This document shows, piece by piece, positions 31,002-41,052 of a DNA stretch of 64,000 bases. Where the stretch lies: positions 1,344,001 to 1,408,000 of the forward strand of contig OZ245365.1 of NCBI GenBank assembly GCA_965226495.1, given 5' to 3'. Both the position numbers and the translations under genes were made by a program. The stretch comes from Candidatus Marinacidobacterales bacterium (GTDB lineage: Bacteria > Acidobacteriota > Vicinamibacteria > Marinacidobacterales > DATDRI01). The notes under the pieces were generated by a model that saw nothing but the letters and a program-made list of their open reading frames with translations, was not told where the DNA came from and searched no databases. The number at the start of each line of letters is the position of its first letter. The stretch's first letter is position 1.

Positions 31002-32030
31002 TCACACAGGCTGAAAAGTCAACGAGTAGACAGGCCCCGGCTCGCGGGCGAGACTGCCCGAGCCTCGGAATCGTTCCATCAACTCTTTCCCGTAATCGCG
31101 CTCGGCTAGATACTGATTGTGCGTGGGACACATGAGCTGAATGTTCTTTGGGCTGTGGTCTCCGCCGCGGGCATAGGGATCGTGGTGATGGAACTGAAGC
31201 CCCTGCCGCTCTTTGCAGCGTCTACCTTGTGCGTCTTCGAAGGTGCACTGATTGTCGTCCCGCTCGCTCACCGCGCGCCTCACCGGGGTCGGGATATAGC
31301 GTGACGACGGCGATGTGTCGGTTTCTTCGAGATCGCGTCTCGGCGCCCGCGTCTTGCCGTAGCGCCTCGACTCCAACCTCTCAAGCTTCTCAGTCACGGC
31401 TTCTTCAATGATCGCGGCGAGGTCGGCTTTCGGCACGAGGCTACGAAGCCGCTCGATCTTGTCCTTGAACTCGGCGCTGGCCGTGAACTGGATCTTGTAG
31501 CGCGCGGGTGCGAGCGGCTCCACGGGCCTTGGCACCGTAGCTTTTGGTAACACTACTGCGTCTGGACGCAGTTGGGCGGGCGCGGGGAGCTTGCGTATCG
31601 CCGGCGCAACATCGGGCTTCGGCGCAATCTCCGCCACCAGCTCTTCGATCTTTGCCTTGGACTTATGCGCAGCGCGCGGGAGAACCGCTTCCCGATTCGC
31701 CTCCGTGAGATGCGGAGAAAGTTTGGCGGCGCCGGTCAGGTGGATACGCCCGTCCTTCAGCATTCGGAGGAGCCCCGGGTGTTTTCGCGATGCGCGGGCA
31801 ACTCGGATGCGGAGATAAGTTTCGGCCTCCGACATGTGTAATACGTCGGTGCAATAGGTAAACATCGACGAGCACGCTTCCCGTGCGTAGAGGCGCCGCT
31901 CGTCTACCTCGGCAATGTGTGCGACCAACTCCGATTCGACGCGTCGTGATTCTTGCACCAACCCCGATAGGCGGCGAAGTAGCTCATCATCCGAAATAGT
32001 CGAAATCGATTTCAATAGCTTGTTAAACAT
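31002..32030 (-). CDS. HNH endonuclease (DUF222-like N-terminus)
   Basis: L..HIAEVD.RRLY...CSSMF.YC; C-terminal R.IP..VRR.V..RD..QC...C......FHH..P...GG....N...C..HN. Confidence 0.85.
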   Translation of the reverse strand: MFNKLLKSISTISDDELLRRLSGLVQESRRVESELVAHIAEVDERRLYAREACSSMFTYCTDVLHMSEAETYLRIRVARASRKHPGLLRMLKDGRIHLTGAAKLSPHLTEANREAVLPRAAHKSKAKIEELVAEIAPKPDVAPAIRKLPAPAQLRPDAVVLPKATVPRPVEPLAPARYKIQFTASAEFKDKIERLRSLVPKADLAAIIEEAVTEKLERLESRRYGKTRAPRRDLEETDTSPSSRYIPTPVRRAVSERDDNQCTFEDAQGRRCKERQGLQFHHHDPYARGGDHSPKNIQLMCPTHNQYLAERDYGKELMERFRGSGSLAREPGPVYSLTFQPV

Positions 32031-32245
32031 TTCTCCTCCCCCCTCAAGACCAATATAACAACGCTCTTTTCTTGGTCTTGAGACGACTTAGAGTTGGGAG
32101 GAACGTGCTTCGATGAAGTTTTCGTCTCGAAGCTTCTAGGCGTTGACTAGGGCGTCAACGTACGCGTCAGTGATGGTACCGCGAAGGCACTCGTAAGGTC
32201 TACAAAACCTGTTGTGGAATCTTGTCAAGAGAAAATTTCACTTTT

Positions 32246-34576
32246 TTACTCGAGCCCCATTCGTTTCAGGATCTCCTCGAACTTTGGGTCTCCTTTCAGG
32301 GATTCGCCTACTGGGGTCCAACGGAGAAAGAGAAACTCGCCGCCGCGCTCGGCATCGGCTTTCTCGAGCCACTCGTAAAGCTTCTCGCGCTCGCCGAGCC
32401 CGGCGTACAAGCGCACCATCTCCAACGGCGCCAGGTAGCGGCGCTCGGAGGGATCTTGTAGTCGTCGGAGAATCTCTCTCGCCTCGTCCTCTCGACCCGA
32501 TCGAGCGTAGGCGTACCCCAGGTCTCCCATCCCGAGCCCGCCGTCGGAGAGCTCGATGGCTTTCTGGTACTCGGCAATCGCCTCCTCATACTGGGCGTTT
32601 TTTTCGAAAGCCTGGCCGAGGTAGCGGTGCCCTTGAACGTAGTTGGGATCGAGCTCCACTGATCGGCGTAACTGCTCGATGGCTTCTTCGACCCAGCCAG
32701 CATTGACGAGGCTCCAGCCGACACCCATTCTGAAGAAAGGCGACAACGGGTCGAACGTGAGCGTGCGGCGTATGGTACGAATGGACTCGTCGTGTCTTCC
32801 CGTTGATGTCAGGAGAACCCCATACCAAAAATGTGCCGCCGCGTAATCCGGGTCGAGCTCGAGGGCCTTCTGGAAGGCTTCTTCCGCTTCGCGCCATCGA
32901 CGCTCGTTGAGCTCGATCCAGCCAAGCGAAGTGTAGGCTTCGGCCAGCGAGTCATCGAGATCGAGAGACTTCAGAGCGGCCTCGCGAGCCTGTCGATAAG
33001 CCTCGGCCGGAGGTAAGTAGGTGTAATGCCCGAGCAAACTCAAGCCGTCAGCTAGCCCCGCGTAGGCTAGCGCGTAGCTCGGATCTTTGTCGATGGACTC
33101 CCGAAAGTACTCGATAGCGAGCTCGAAGCCCTCCTCCGTGCGGGTCTGGATGTGATAGCTTCCCTGGAGGTAGGCCTGGTAAGCCTCGGCATCCTCCGTA
33201 TAGCGGCGCGACAATCGTCGCTCGTCTTCCGCAGTGAGCCGGCCAAGAAGCTCTCTCGATATCTCCTTCGCCAGGTCTTCTTGAAGCACGAGAACGTCGG
33301 CCAGCTTGCGCGAGTACTGCTCGCTCCACACAAGGCTGCCATCGCGCGTATCGACCAGCTCCGCAGTGAGGGAAAGATCGTCGCCCCGCTGCACGACGCG
33401 GCCGAGGACCACGGCATCCACTTCGAGCTCGGCGCCCACCGTTTCGGGATCGATCGCCTTGCCCTTGTAGCGGAAGGCGGAGCTCCGGGAAATCACTTTC
33501 ACGTTCGGAAGCTGCGACAAACTGACAATGATGCTTCCTGTAATCCCGTCGCTCAGATACTCCGAGTCCGGGTTCGCGCTTCCGTTCTCGAAAGGAAGGA
33601 CCGCGACAGAGTCGATGCCATCGGACGGCAGAAAACGGTACACACCGAGGACAGCCAAAACGACGACGGCGGCTGTCCCGAGCCACAGGGGTAGTGGGCT
33701 TTTCTTCCGCGAGACGCGTTGCACCGACGGGCTCGACCCGCTCTCGCGCCTCAAGTCCTTGAGGTTCACCAAGAGCTCGTGGGCCTCTTGGTGCCGGTTC
33801 GCCGGATCCTTAGCCAGACATTTGTCTAGAAACTGCTGGAGGTCGGACTCCGCATCCTCAAGCCGAGGCGCTGGCTCTCTGAGAATGCCGTGGAGGGTGT
33901 CGACGTTGGTTGCGCCTTGGAAGGGATGTTCTCCGGTGAGCATCTCGTAGAGAACCACTCCGAAGCTAAAGACGTCACTACGGTGGTCGACCGAAGCGCC
34001 TCCGGCCTGCTCGGGAGACATGTAGGAAATGGTACCCAGCATCTGGCCAGATTGCGTTTCTCCGCGAAGCGCGGTCGCTACATCGCTGCCCACCGGTGCG
34101 AGCGGCTCTAGGAGCTTCGCGAGTCCGAAATCGATAATCTTTGGGTGGCCGTCCTCGCTGATCATAATGTTGGCGGGCTTGAGGTCTCTATGAACGATGC
34201 CCTTCTCATGGGCACGAGTAAGCCCTTCCGCGACTTCAACGGCGATGTCAAAAACCCGCGCGGTGGACAGGCGCTCCGTGGCGATTAGATCTCCCAGCTT
34301 TTCACCCTCTATCAATTCCATCGCGATGAAGGTCGTGCCATCTGATTCGTCGATCCCGTAAACGACTGCGATGTTCGGGTGTTTGAGTGAAGCGGCCGCT
34401 TGGGCTTCTTGGACGAAACGGCGCTTGCGTTCCTGGTCGGCTACGAGCTCGGGCGGAAGTACTTTGATCGCCACTTCACGGTTTAGTTTGGTATCGAGCG
34501 CACGGTAGACGATCCCCATGCCGCCGCGGCTGATTTCTTCGAGAACTTTGTAGTGGGAGAGTGTCCGCCCGACCAT
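32246..34576 (-). CDS. Ser/Thr protein kinase with TolB_N-like domain and TPR repeats
   Basis: GGMGIVY, HRDLKPAN, DFG, YMSPEQ; SVAVLPF, YLSDG, multiple ALELDP TPRs. Confidence 0.92.
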   Translation of the reverse strand: MVGRTLSHYKVLEEISRGGMGIVYRALDTKLNREVAIKVLPPELVADQERKRRFVQEAQAAASLKHPNIAVVYGIDESDGTTFIAMELIEGEKLGDLIATERLSTARVFDIAVEVAEGLTRAHEKGIVHRDLKPANIMISEDGHPKIIDFGLAKLLEPLAPVGSDVATALRGETQSGQMLGTISYMSPEQAGGASVDHRSDVFSFGVVLYEMLTGEHPFQGATNVDTLHGILREPAPRLEDAESDLQQFLDKCLAKDPANRHQEAHELLVNLKDLRRESGSSPSVQRVSRKKSPLPLWLGTAAVVVLAVLGVYRFLPSDGIDSVAVLPFENGSANPDSEYLSDGITGSIIVSLSQLPNVKVISRSSAFRYKGKAIDPETVGAELEVDAVVLGRVVQRGDDLSLTAELVDTRDGSLVWSEQYSRKLADVLVLQEDLAKEISRELLGRLTAEDERRLSRRYTEDAEAYQAYLQGSYHIQTRTEEGFELAIEYFRESIDKDPSYALAYAGLADGLSLLGHYTYLPPAEAYRQAREAALKSLDLDDSLAEAYTSLGWIELNERRWREAEEAFQKALELDPDYAAAHFWYGVLLTSTGRHDESIRTIRRTLTFDPLSPFFRMGVGWSLVNAGWVEEAIEQLRRSVELDPNYVQGHRYLGQAFEKNAQYEEAIAEYQKAIELSDGGLGMGDLGYAYARSGREDEAREILRRLQDPSERRYLAPLEMVRLYAGLGEREKLYEWLEKADAERGGEFLFLRWTPVGESLKGDPKFEEILKRMGLE

Positions 34577-34594
34577 CGAAGGGCTCCTTGTTGC

Positions 34595-34627
34595 GTGAAA
34601 ATAGCCCCGCACAGACTGAAAAGTCAA
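34595..34627 (-). promoter_or_regulatory. Promoter-like motif shared with the HNH gene 3' end
   Basis: TTGACT-TTTCAGTCTGTGCGGGGC-TATTTTCAC; near-identical copies at 30990-31022 and 24600-24633. Confidence 0.55.
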
Positions 34628-34716
34628 TGGGGCGTTGGGTTACTCAGCCCCAAAGGGTGAATAGCTAAGTCGCTGAAGGTAAGCGAGTCTAGCCCGGAAC
34701 CGCCATTCACAAGGAT

Positions 34717-36369
34717 TCAAGCTTCATGTACCCACTGGCCATCGACCATCGTGCGTTCGACCGGTACGTCGATGAGCGTCGATGGATCGACTCGGGTCGG
34801 ATCCTGGCCGAGGACGACGAGGTCTGCCAGCTTGCCGGATTCGATGGAGCCCTTTTCGTTCTCTTCGTAGGAAGCGTAGGCGCCGTGGAGCGTCCCGACG
34901 CGGATGGCCTCCATCACGCTGACCTTCTGTCGCGCGCCCCATACGTTGCCTCGACTGTCGGTGCGGGTCACGCTCGATTGCAGCGCCATCATCGGCTCGA
35001 ATGGGCCGGGAGGATAATCAGACGTCTGCGTCACTTTGATGCCGGCATCGAGAAAGCTACGAACGGCGAACATTCTCTCCAGCCGCTCGGCCCCGTAATA
35101 AACCATCTTTTCGCCGTGGTAGTAGACGTATGTCGAGAACGGGTTCGGTATGGCGCCAAGCGCTTTGATGCGCCGGACGAGGTCTTCGTTGATGAGCGTG
35201 CAGTGCTCGAGCCGGAAGCGAGGATCGTGGCGCGGAAGCTCTTCCTGGAGCTTTTCGTAGACGCGCAGAGTGATGTCGATGCCGACGTCGCCGTTCGCAT
35301 GGACGCCCAACTGCCACCCGGCCTCGTGCGCTTTGCGCGCCCGCTGGAACAGATCCTCTTCCTGGGTCACGATGATGCCGTAGTCGTCGGGCCGCCCCAC
35401 GAAAGGCTCGCTCAGGCGCGCGGTCCTCTCTGAGATAGACCCATCGCATATCAGCTTGACCGGTCCGACCTTGACCCACTCGTCCCCGAGCCCCGTACGA
35501 ATGCCCGCCTCGAGCATCTTGTCGAGATACTGATAATCGATCAGCGCGTAGACCCGGAGCGCCAACTCAGAGGCGTCGCGCGCATCCTGGTAAGCCATCA
35601 GGTCGTCGGGCGTGCCGAACGCATCGTGGGCCGAGGTCACGCCGGAAGCCGCCATCATCCGGGAGATGAGCTTGACACCCTTTCGAGCGTCCTCGCGTGT
35701 GAAATCCGACGGCAGAGCTTCTATCACGGCGAACGCCGCGGATTCCTCGAGCTTGCCGTTCAAACGCCCGTCCGCGTCACGACCCAGGTGCCCACCGGGG
35801 GGATCGACTGCATCTTCGCGGAAACCCACTTTTTCCAACGCGAGCGAGTTCAGGTACGCCGTATGGCCTCCGCGGTGCTCGATCAAGACGGGATGCTCCG
35901 GTGCCACCTCGTCCAGGTCGGCGCGCGTCAGTGGACGGCCTTCGGCGGTCTTCGTGTCGTCGTACTTGAACCCAGCCACCCACTTCCCGGCCGGCGTTTC
36001 CTCGGCATAAGTACGAATCGCGCCTTTGATCGCCTCGATGGAACGCAAATCGCAGTCTATGCGCGTCAAATGGCGTATGCCCGAATAGCCCAGGTGAGTA
36101 TGAGCGTCGATGAAACCTGGAACAACGGTCTTCCCCTCTAAATCGATACGCCTCGTCCGCGCGGTGGCCAGATTGAGCACGTCGTCGTCCGAGCCAACGG
36201 CGAGGAACCGGCCTCGAACAATCGCGACGGCCTGCGCCTTCGGCTGCCTGTCGTCAATAGTAATAATGTTGCCGTTGTGCAGGATGAGCTCGGCTTCGGT
36301 GTGCTCGAACGGAAACAGACCGAGCGCGCCGACGCTTGCCAGAAACTCTCGCCGGTTTGGATAGTGCAT
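34717..36369 (-). CDS. Tat-exported amidohydrolase 3 family protein
   Basis: RREFL Tat motif; PGFIDAHTH, K..CDGS, HANGD, RLEHC, SD.P, GSIESGKLADLVVL. Confidence 0.9.
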   Translation of the reverse strand: MHYPNRREFLASVGALGLFPFEHTEAELILHNGNIITIDDRQPKAQAVAIVRGRFLAVGSDDDVLNLATARTRRIDLEGKTVVPGFIDAHTHLGYSGIRHLTRIDCDLRSIEAIKGAIRTYAEETPAGKWVAGFKYDDTKTAEGRPLTRADLDEVAPEHPVLIEHRGGHTAYLNSLALEKVGFREDAVDPPGGHLGRDADGRLNGKLEESAAFAVIEALPSDFTREDARKGVKLISRMMAASGVTSAHDAFGTPDDLMAYQDARDASELALRVYALIDYQYLDKMLEAGIRTGLGDEWVKVGPVKLICDGSISERTARLSEPFVGRPDDYGIIVTQEEDLFQRARKAHEAGWQLGVHANGDVGIDITLRVYEKLQEELPRHDPRFRLEHCTLINEDLVRRIKALGAIPNPFSTYVYYHGEKMVYYGAERLERMFAVRSFLDAGIKVTQTSDYPPGPFEPMMALQSSVTRTDSRGNVWGARQKVSVMEAIRVGTLHGAYASYEENEKGSIESGKLADLVVLGQDPTRVDPSTLIDVPVERTMVDGQWVHEA

Positions 36370-36439
36370 CACCGTCTCCGTTCATTCCCACGAAGGGTTC
36401 CGATGCGGACGATTGAGCCTAGTGGGCCAGCCATCAGAC

Positions 36440-39106
36440 TCATGATTCGAGCCCGGCTGCCCAGTTGACGACCACCGTTAGGCGCGATTGAGCTGCCTCG
36501 GCCGCCGGGGCCACGATAAGAAATCGCTCGCCGTCGGCAGTCACATCATAAACCTGCCGAGAGCCCGCCCAAGCTGTACCGGTAGCGAGCGACCGGAAGA
36601 GGACCTTGGGGGCCGTTGGTGCGAACGTCCCGGCTCCCCCGATTTCCACCGCCATCATGCTGTTGTCTGGGGCCAGGTAGAAAAGCTCCTTGCCATCCCC
36701 TCTCCACCTGGGATCGGTACCGCCGTTCGAGGACACCTGCCATTTTCCGGCAGAGCCGGGGGCGACTCCCTTCGACGCGAGCGGGATGGAGCGTACCCAA
36801 ACCTCCCACTGACCGGACTCGTCCGACGTGTAGGCTATCCAGTTTGCGTCGGGCGAGAATTCGGCGGCACCTCCTCGGAATTCCGGTGGTACGATGGATT
36901 CTGGCTCTTCTTCGCCTTCGATGGACCAAAGAAACAGACCTCCAGCTCCTCCATACACGACGAGCCGACCGTCGGATGACCAATCGTGAACGAAGATGGG
37001 CGAGTCCGTGCAGTGAAGCAAATTCGACTCGTCGGTTCCCGACGCATCCCTTGTAAAAAGACACGAAACACCTCCCGGATCGGAGCTGAATAGAACTTCT
37101 CTCCCGTCCGGGGACCAGACTGGACACCAGTCGTTCGAAGCACCGAGGGTGAATCTGGAGGGGATTCCCTGGGAGACTTCCATGAGATAAAGATCCCGGT
37201 TTCCAGTCCTTGGGTCCGGTTGACTGACGGCGATCCGCTTTCCGTCCCGGGAGATGCGTGGCTGGATGTATTCACCAGTCGGGCCGACCCTCCCGAGCTG
37301 CTCACCTTTTCGATTGAACCACCCCAACTGGCGGTCGGCAGTGCTACCTTCGACAAAAGTCAGGATGCGGCCGTTGGTGGAAACCCCAAAACGTGCCGAT
37401 GCGCTCGTGGCGGTGTAACTCACGCCCTCAGCGACCAAATGGGGGTTGCCACTGAGCAGATGTGTGTCGGCGTCGAAAGGTTGCGCCAAGAGTGTCCCGT
37501 CGCGCACGAAAAGCAGGTGGCCCGGTGGCGAGTAGAACGCATTCGTTTGCGCCGTCATGACGCGTTTGACGTCGTTGGAGTCGAGTGATCCCACGTAAAT
37601 CGCCGTGTGCTCGGGCTGACTCGACCGAGCAAGGTAGAGGAAGTGACGGCCGTCGGGAAGAAACTGCGGATGCCGATGAGAGTTCTCTCCGCGCGACGTA
37701 TCGAGAGTGGTGATGGGCTCGGAAACGCCGCCCGCGGCCGATATTCGATGGAGCGGACGCCGGTTGCCATTGGCGAAGACGATGTCCCCGTCACGGTTCC
37801 ACGTCCCGCCAAGGTCACCGGCATCTCCGATCGTTTCTATAGGTCCTCCATTGGCCGCAATCTTCTTGAGTTCGCCACCGGCGAAAAAACCGATGAAATT
37901 GCCCTCGGGCGACCAGAACGGACGGGTGGCACCTTCAGTTCCAGGAAGCGCTCGGACCGCCAGTGAATCCAGGACTCGAATCCAGAGAACCCGGCTGCCC
38001 GCGTCGTCCTGGCCGGTGAAGGCTACTCTCGTGCCGTCAGGTGATAGCGCTGGAATGCCGCCCCACCCAACGGTCTCCGGCCCCGGTCTATCTATTTGGA
38101 ACCGGATGAGCTCGTCTCGGTTTCGAGGAAAATGGCTGACGACGGCGAGCAAGCTTGCCACGAGTAACGCCGATAGAGCCCATGCGCTCCGCTCGCGGAT
38201 TCTACTTCCTTGGTCACCTCGGGCCCTTGGCTCCTCGTGAGACTCTAGATCACCGGAGTCCAGCTCTTCCTTCAGTGCCTCCAAGTCGTTGCGGATATCC
38301 AAGGCGTTCTGGTATCGGCGGGCGGGCTCCTTCGCCAAACATTTCCGGATGATCCGCGCGAGCTGTCTGGGCTTGTTGGGCGCAAAGTCGCTAACCGGCG
38401 GCGGGTCTTGTCTGAGGATGGATGAAAGGACCGCGGCAGGTGAATCTCCGCGAAAGGGCCGCTCACCGGTCACCAGCTCGAAGAGTACGATCCCCAAGGA
38501 GAAGTTGTCCGAGCGCTTGTCGACGGACTTGCCTTCCGCCTGCTCGGGAGACATGTAGGCCACCGTCCCAACGATGACGCCCTCCCGGGTCTGCAATTGT
38601 GTAGGTAGCTCGCTCCTTTCGGGTCCGGCGACCTCTTGCCTCCATTTGGCCAAACCGAAGTCGAGAATCTTGAGCCGCCCCTCGTCGTCCCGCATGAGGT
38701 TGTCCGGCTTCAGATCCCGGTGAACGACCCCTCGTTGGTGAGCAGAGCTCACGCCATCGGCAAGGGGAATCGCGATCTTGAAAAACTCATTCAGTGGCAG
38801 ACCGTTCTTCGGGATGGATTTGGAGAGGGCCTCCCCCAGCACCAACTCCATGGTAATGAAGTGGACGCCTTCCGCTTCCTCGACAGAGAAAACGGTCACG
38901 ATGTTGGGATGGTTCAGCGCCGCGAGGGCCTTGGCCTCTCGCCTGAAACGCTCCCGACGTTCCTCGCTCTCGGCTAAGTCAGGAGGTAAAACCTTGAGGG
39001 CAATCTTCCGGCCTAGCTCGGTGTCCTCCGCGAGGTAAACCTCTCCCATGCCGCCGCTTCCGAGCTTGTCCACGATCTTGTAGTGGGCAAGGGTTCGGCC
39101 AATCAT
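36440..39106 (-). CDS. Ser/Thr protein kinase with PD40 beta-propeller
   Basis: GSGGMGEVY, HRDLKPDN, DFG, YMSPEQ; SPDG repeats; VVVNW. Confidence 0.92.
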   Translation of the reverse strand: MIGRTLAHYKIVDKLGSGGMGEVYLAEDTELGRKIALKVLPPDLAESEERRERFRREAKALAALNHPNIVTVFSVEEAEGVHFITMELVLGEALSKSIPKNGLPLNEFFKIAIPLADGVSSAHQRGVVHRDLKPDNLMRDDEGRLKILDFGLAKWRQEVAGPERSELPTQLQTREGVIVGTVAYMSPEQAEGKSVDKRSDNFSLGIVLFELVTGERPFRGDSPAAVLSSILRQDPPPVSDFAPNKPRQLARIIRKCLAKEPARRYQNALDIRNDLEALKEELDSGDLESHEEPRARGDQGSRIRERSAWALSALLVASLLAVVSHFPRNRDELIRFQIDRPGPETVGWGGIPALSPDGTRVAFTGQDDAGSRVLWIRVLDSLAVRALPGTEGATRPFWSPEGNFIGFFAGGELKKIAANGGPIETIGDAGDLGGTWNRDGDIVFANGNRRPLHRISAAGGVSEPITTLDTSRGENSHRHPQFLPDGRHFLYLARSSQPEHTAIYVGSLDSNDVKRVMTAQTNAFYSPPGHLLFVRDGTLLAQPFDADTHLLSGNPHLVAEGVSYTATSASARFGVSTNGRILTFVEGSTADRQLGWFNRKGEQLGRVGPTGEYIQPRISRDGKRIAVSQPDPRTGNRDLYLMEVSQGIPSRFTLGASNDWCPVWSPDGREVLFSSDPGGVSCLFTRDASGTDESNLLHCTDSPIFVHDWSSDGRLVVYGGAGGLFLWSIEGEEEPESIVPPEFRGGAAEFSPDANWIAYTSDESGQWEVWVRSIPLASKGVAPGSAGKWQVSSNGGTDPRWRGDGKELFYLAPDNSMMAVEIGGAGTFAPTAPKVLFRSLATGTAWAGSRQVYDVTADGERFLIVAPAAEAAQSRLTVVVNWAAGLES

Positions 39107-39172
39107 GCAGAGTTCCTGTTTGGCGAGACAAAGTTATTCCAGTGGGCCCGGAATGTAAACCAGTGAAAGTCG

Positions 39173-39190
39173 CGTCGGCCCCGCCATTCA
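39173..39190 (+). repeat. Distal tRNA-Asp 3'-end copy (att scar, probable outer island boundary)
   Basis: CGTCGGCCCCGCCATTCA is identical to 1668-1685 (18 bp). Confidence 0.82.
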
Positions 39191-39297
39191 TCGTACAACA
39201 CCGAAGCGGTGCTCCCATGTGTGCCGGGAGCCAGCGAGAATCTTGTCCAGGCGGGATTCGGGCCCACGGTAACGCCGGCCAGAGGTCGGCTTCGAGC

Positions 39298-39720
39298 CTA
39301 TCCGGGGTTTCGATTCTGGGCAGCAAGTCGAGTCACAACGCGCTCGACGATCGTTCTTTTATAGTGAGCCAGGTTCTGAGGTTGACCGCCTTTCGCCACG
39401 CTGTACCTCGCCGTTAGCGTGAGATTCTCTTCTTTGGGCTCTGATTGTATGAAGACACGGACCTGCGTTGGGTAAGGGTTGTCGTTATCTCCCGCCCACT
39501 CCCAGGTTACGGTGCCGGTGAGATCCGGTTGGCCCGATTGATTCAACGTGGCTCCGGCTGCAGCGAGCGCCTTTTCCAGGTTCGCGTTCAGGTCTTCGGC
39601 ATGGTCACCTTCTAACTGGATCTTGTTGATGGTAACTCCTGCAAGTTCTGTCGATGAACCACAATGAATGGATAGCCCTGCAAAAAGAAGAATGGTGAGA
39701 AAAAAGAACGCACGTTTCAT
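39298..39720 (-). CDS. Hypothetical lipoprotein
   Basis: RBS AGGAGG; signal peptide ending SIHC. Confidence 0.7.
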   Translation of the reverse strand: MKRAFFFLTILLFAGLSIHCGSSTELAGVTINKIQLEGDHAEDLNANLEKALAAAGATLNQSGQPDLTGTVTWEWAGDNDNPYPTQVRVFIQSEPKEENLTLTARYSVAKGGQPQNLAHYKRTIVERVVTRLAAQNRNPG

Positions 39721-39781
39721 GAAAGCCTCCTTTCTCGAAGGGATGGCCCTGCCATCATAGACTACTAAGAGACAAATAGCA

Positions 39782-40467
39782 CTAAGGTGCGTCTCGAGTC
39801 ATGGCCCGGACATAGTTTTCTAACGTCAGCGGGGGCTCAGAGCGAAACGTCTCCTTGGTGGACGCGGTCTTCTCGATGCGATCGAGCCGGAAGTTTCTAA
39901 AGTCTTTGCGGAGCTCGCACCAGGCTCCGAGCGTCCACACATTACCCCAGAAATAGAGTCCTAGTGGGCAAACGACGCGACCGCTGGCAACGCCCTCCCG
40001 GTCTTTATAGTCGAGGTGTATCTTCGACCGGGCATCGATCGCCTTGCGCAAAGCCCCGACATTCGCTCGGACCTCTGGCGATACCCGGAACGACAGCGAG
40101 AAGAGTGCGGTATCGTGTACCTGGTGTCGTTTTGACGGAGGCAGGACCGCCTCCACTTTTGTAAGGACGCTACGGGCGGCTTGACGGAGCTCGGAGTCCC
40201 CCCAGCTTTCGACCATGCGTGCGCCGAGGACGAGAGCCTGAACTTCCTCGCCGTTGAACATCAGAGGTGGAAGGTCGAAGTCCTTGCCGAGACGGTACCC
40301 GACCCCGCCTCGCCGAGTATGGGCACACCGGAGGCGCCCAGATCACGGATGTCCCGATAGACGGTTCGCTCCGAGACCTCCAAGCGTTCAGCAAGCTGCG
40401 CCGCCGTCGTTAGCCGCCGACGGCGCAGCATCTGGACTATCTGAAAAAGCCGGTCAGCTCGCCGCAT
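39782..40467 (-). pseudogene. YafY-family HTH-WYL transcriptional regulator with a -1 frameshift
   Basis: MRRADRLFQIVQ..LA..LEVSERTVYRD; one extra G in the run at ~40303-40306 restores GEAGVGYRL..FDLPPLMF; WTLGAWCELR.DFRNFRLDRI. Confidence 0.88.
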
Positions 40468-40858
40468 CCTGGCGGGCATTGTCGGCCGGCACGTGAAAGA
40501 AATCCAGGAGGACGCCGTTGGGATCCTGGGTCAAAAAGCTCTTCCACCCCCACGGCTTGACCGCCGGCTGACTCATCAACTTCACACCGCGCTTCTCCAT
40601 GTCGGTGGCTTTCTTGTCTGCATCCGCGGTTGGAATGCTGATCAGAAGGCCCTTGCCGTTGAAGGCGGGCAGCTTACCGAGAGGGCCCTCCTGGGTCGTC
40701 AGGAAGGACAACTCGGGACCCGATTCGCCACCGTAGCGAACCGCAAGATAGTCAGGCATGTCGTGGATGATCTCGAAATCTGCCTTCTCAGCGTAGAACT
40801 CTTTGGTCTCGGCCAATTGGTCGGTAACGACCATGGGGAACAATTTCTTGGGATTCAT
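40454..40858 (-). CDS. VOC / glyoxalase family protein
   Basis: FY....F, P...PWG..SF...DPNGV. Confidence 0.85.
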   Translation of the reverse strand: MNPKKLFPMVVTDQLAETKEFYAEKADFEIIHDMPDYLAVRYGGESGPELSFLTTQEGPLGKLPAFNGKGLLISIPTADADKKATDMEKRGVKLMSQPAVKPWGWKSFLTQDPNGVLLDFFHVPADNARQDAAS

Positions 40859-40917
40859 CGATATCTCCAAAGGTTAGTGGCTCGGCCCATCCGAACCGAG
40901 GACATCCTAGAATCCCC

Positions 40918-40941
40918 CTCCTGACACCGTTCTGTCAGGAG
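40918..40941. promoter_or_regulatory. Palindromic operator CTCCTGACA-N6-TGTCAGGAG (candidate WYL-regulator site)
   Basis: Perfect 9-bp arms upstream of the VOC-WYL operon; second copy at 45081-45104. Confidence 0.6.
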
Positions 40942-41052
40942 TGTTTCAGGGCCGGTGAGCGTCCCCGTCCTCCGAAAGGGTATTGTGCTACCGCCGCTGG
41001 TGTGGCACTCTGAAGATGAGCTGTATCTGGACCGGCATGAGCCGAGGGACCC

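Noticed and set aside
31002-32030. IscB/Cas9-like RNA-guided nuclease
   Set aside because: No PLMP motif or split RuvC motifs; only a C-terminal HNH domain.
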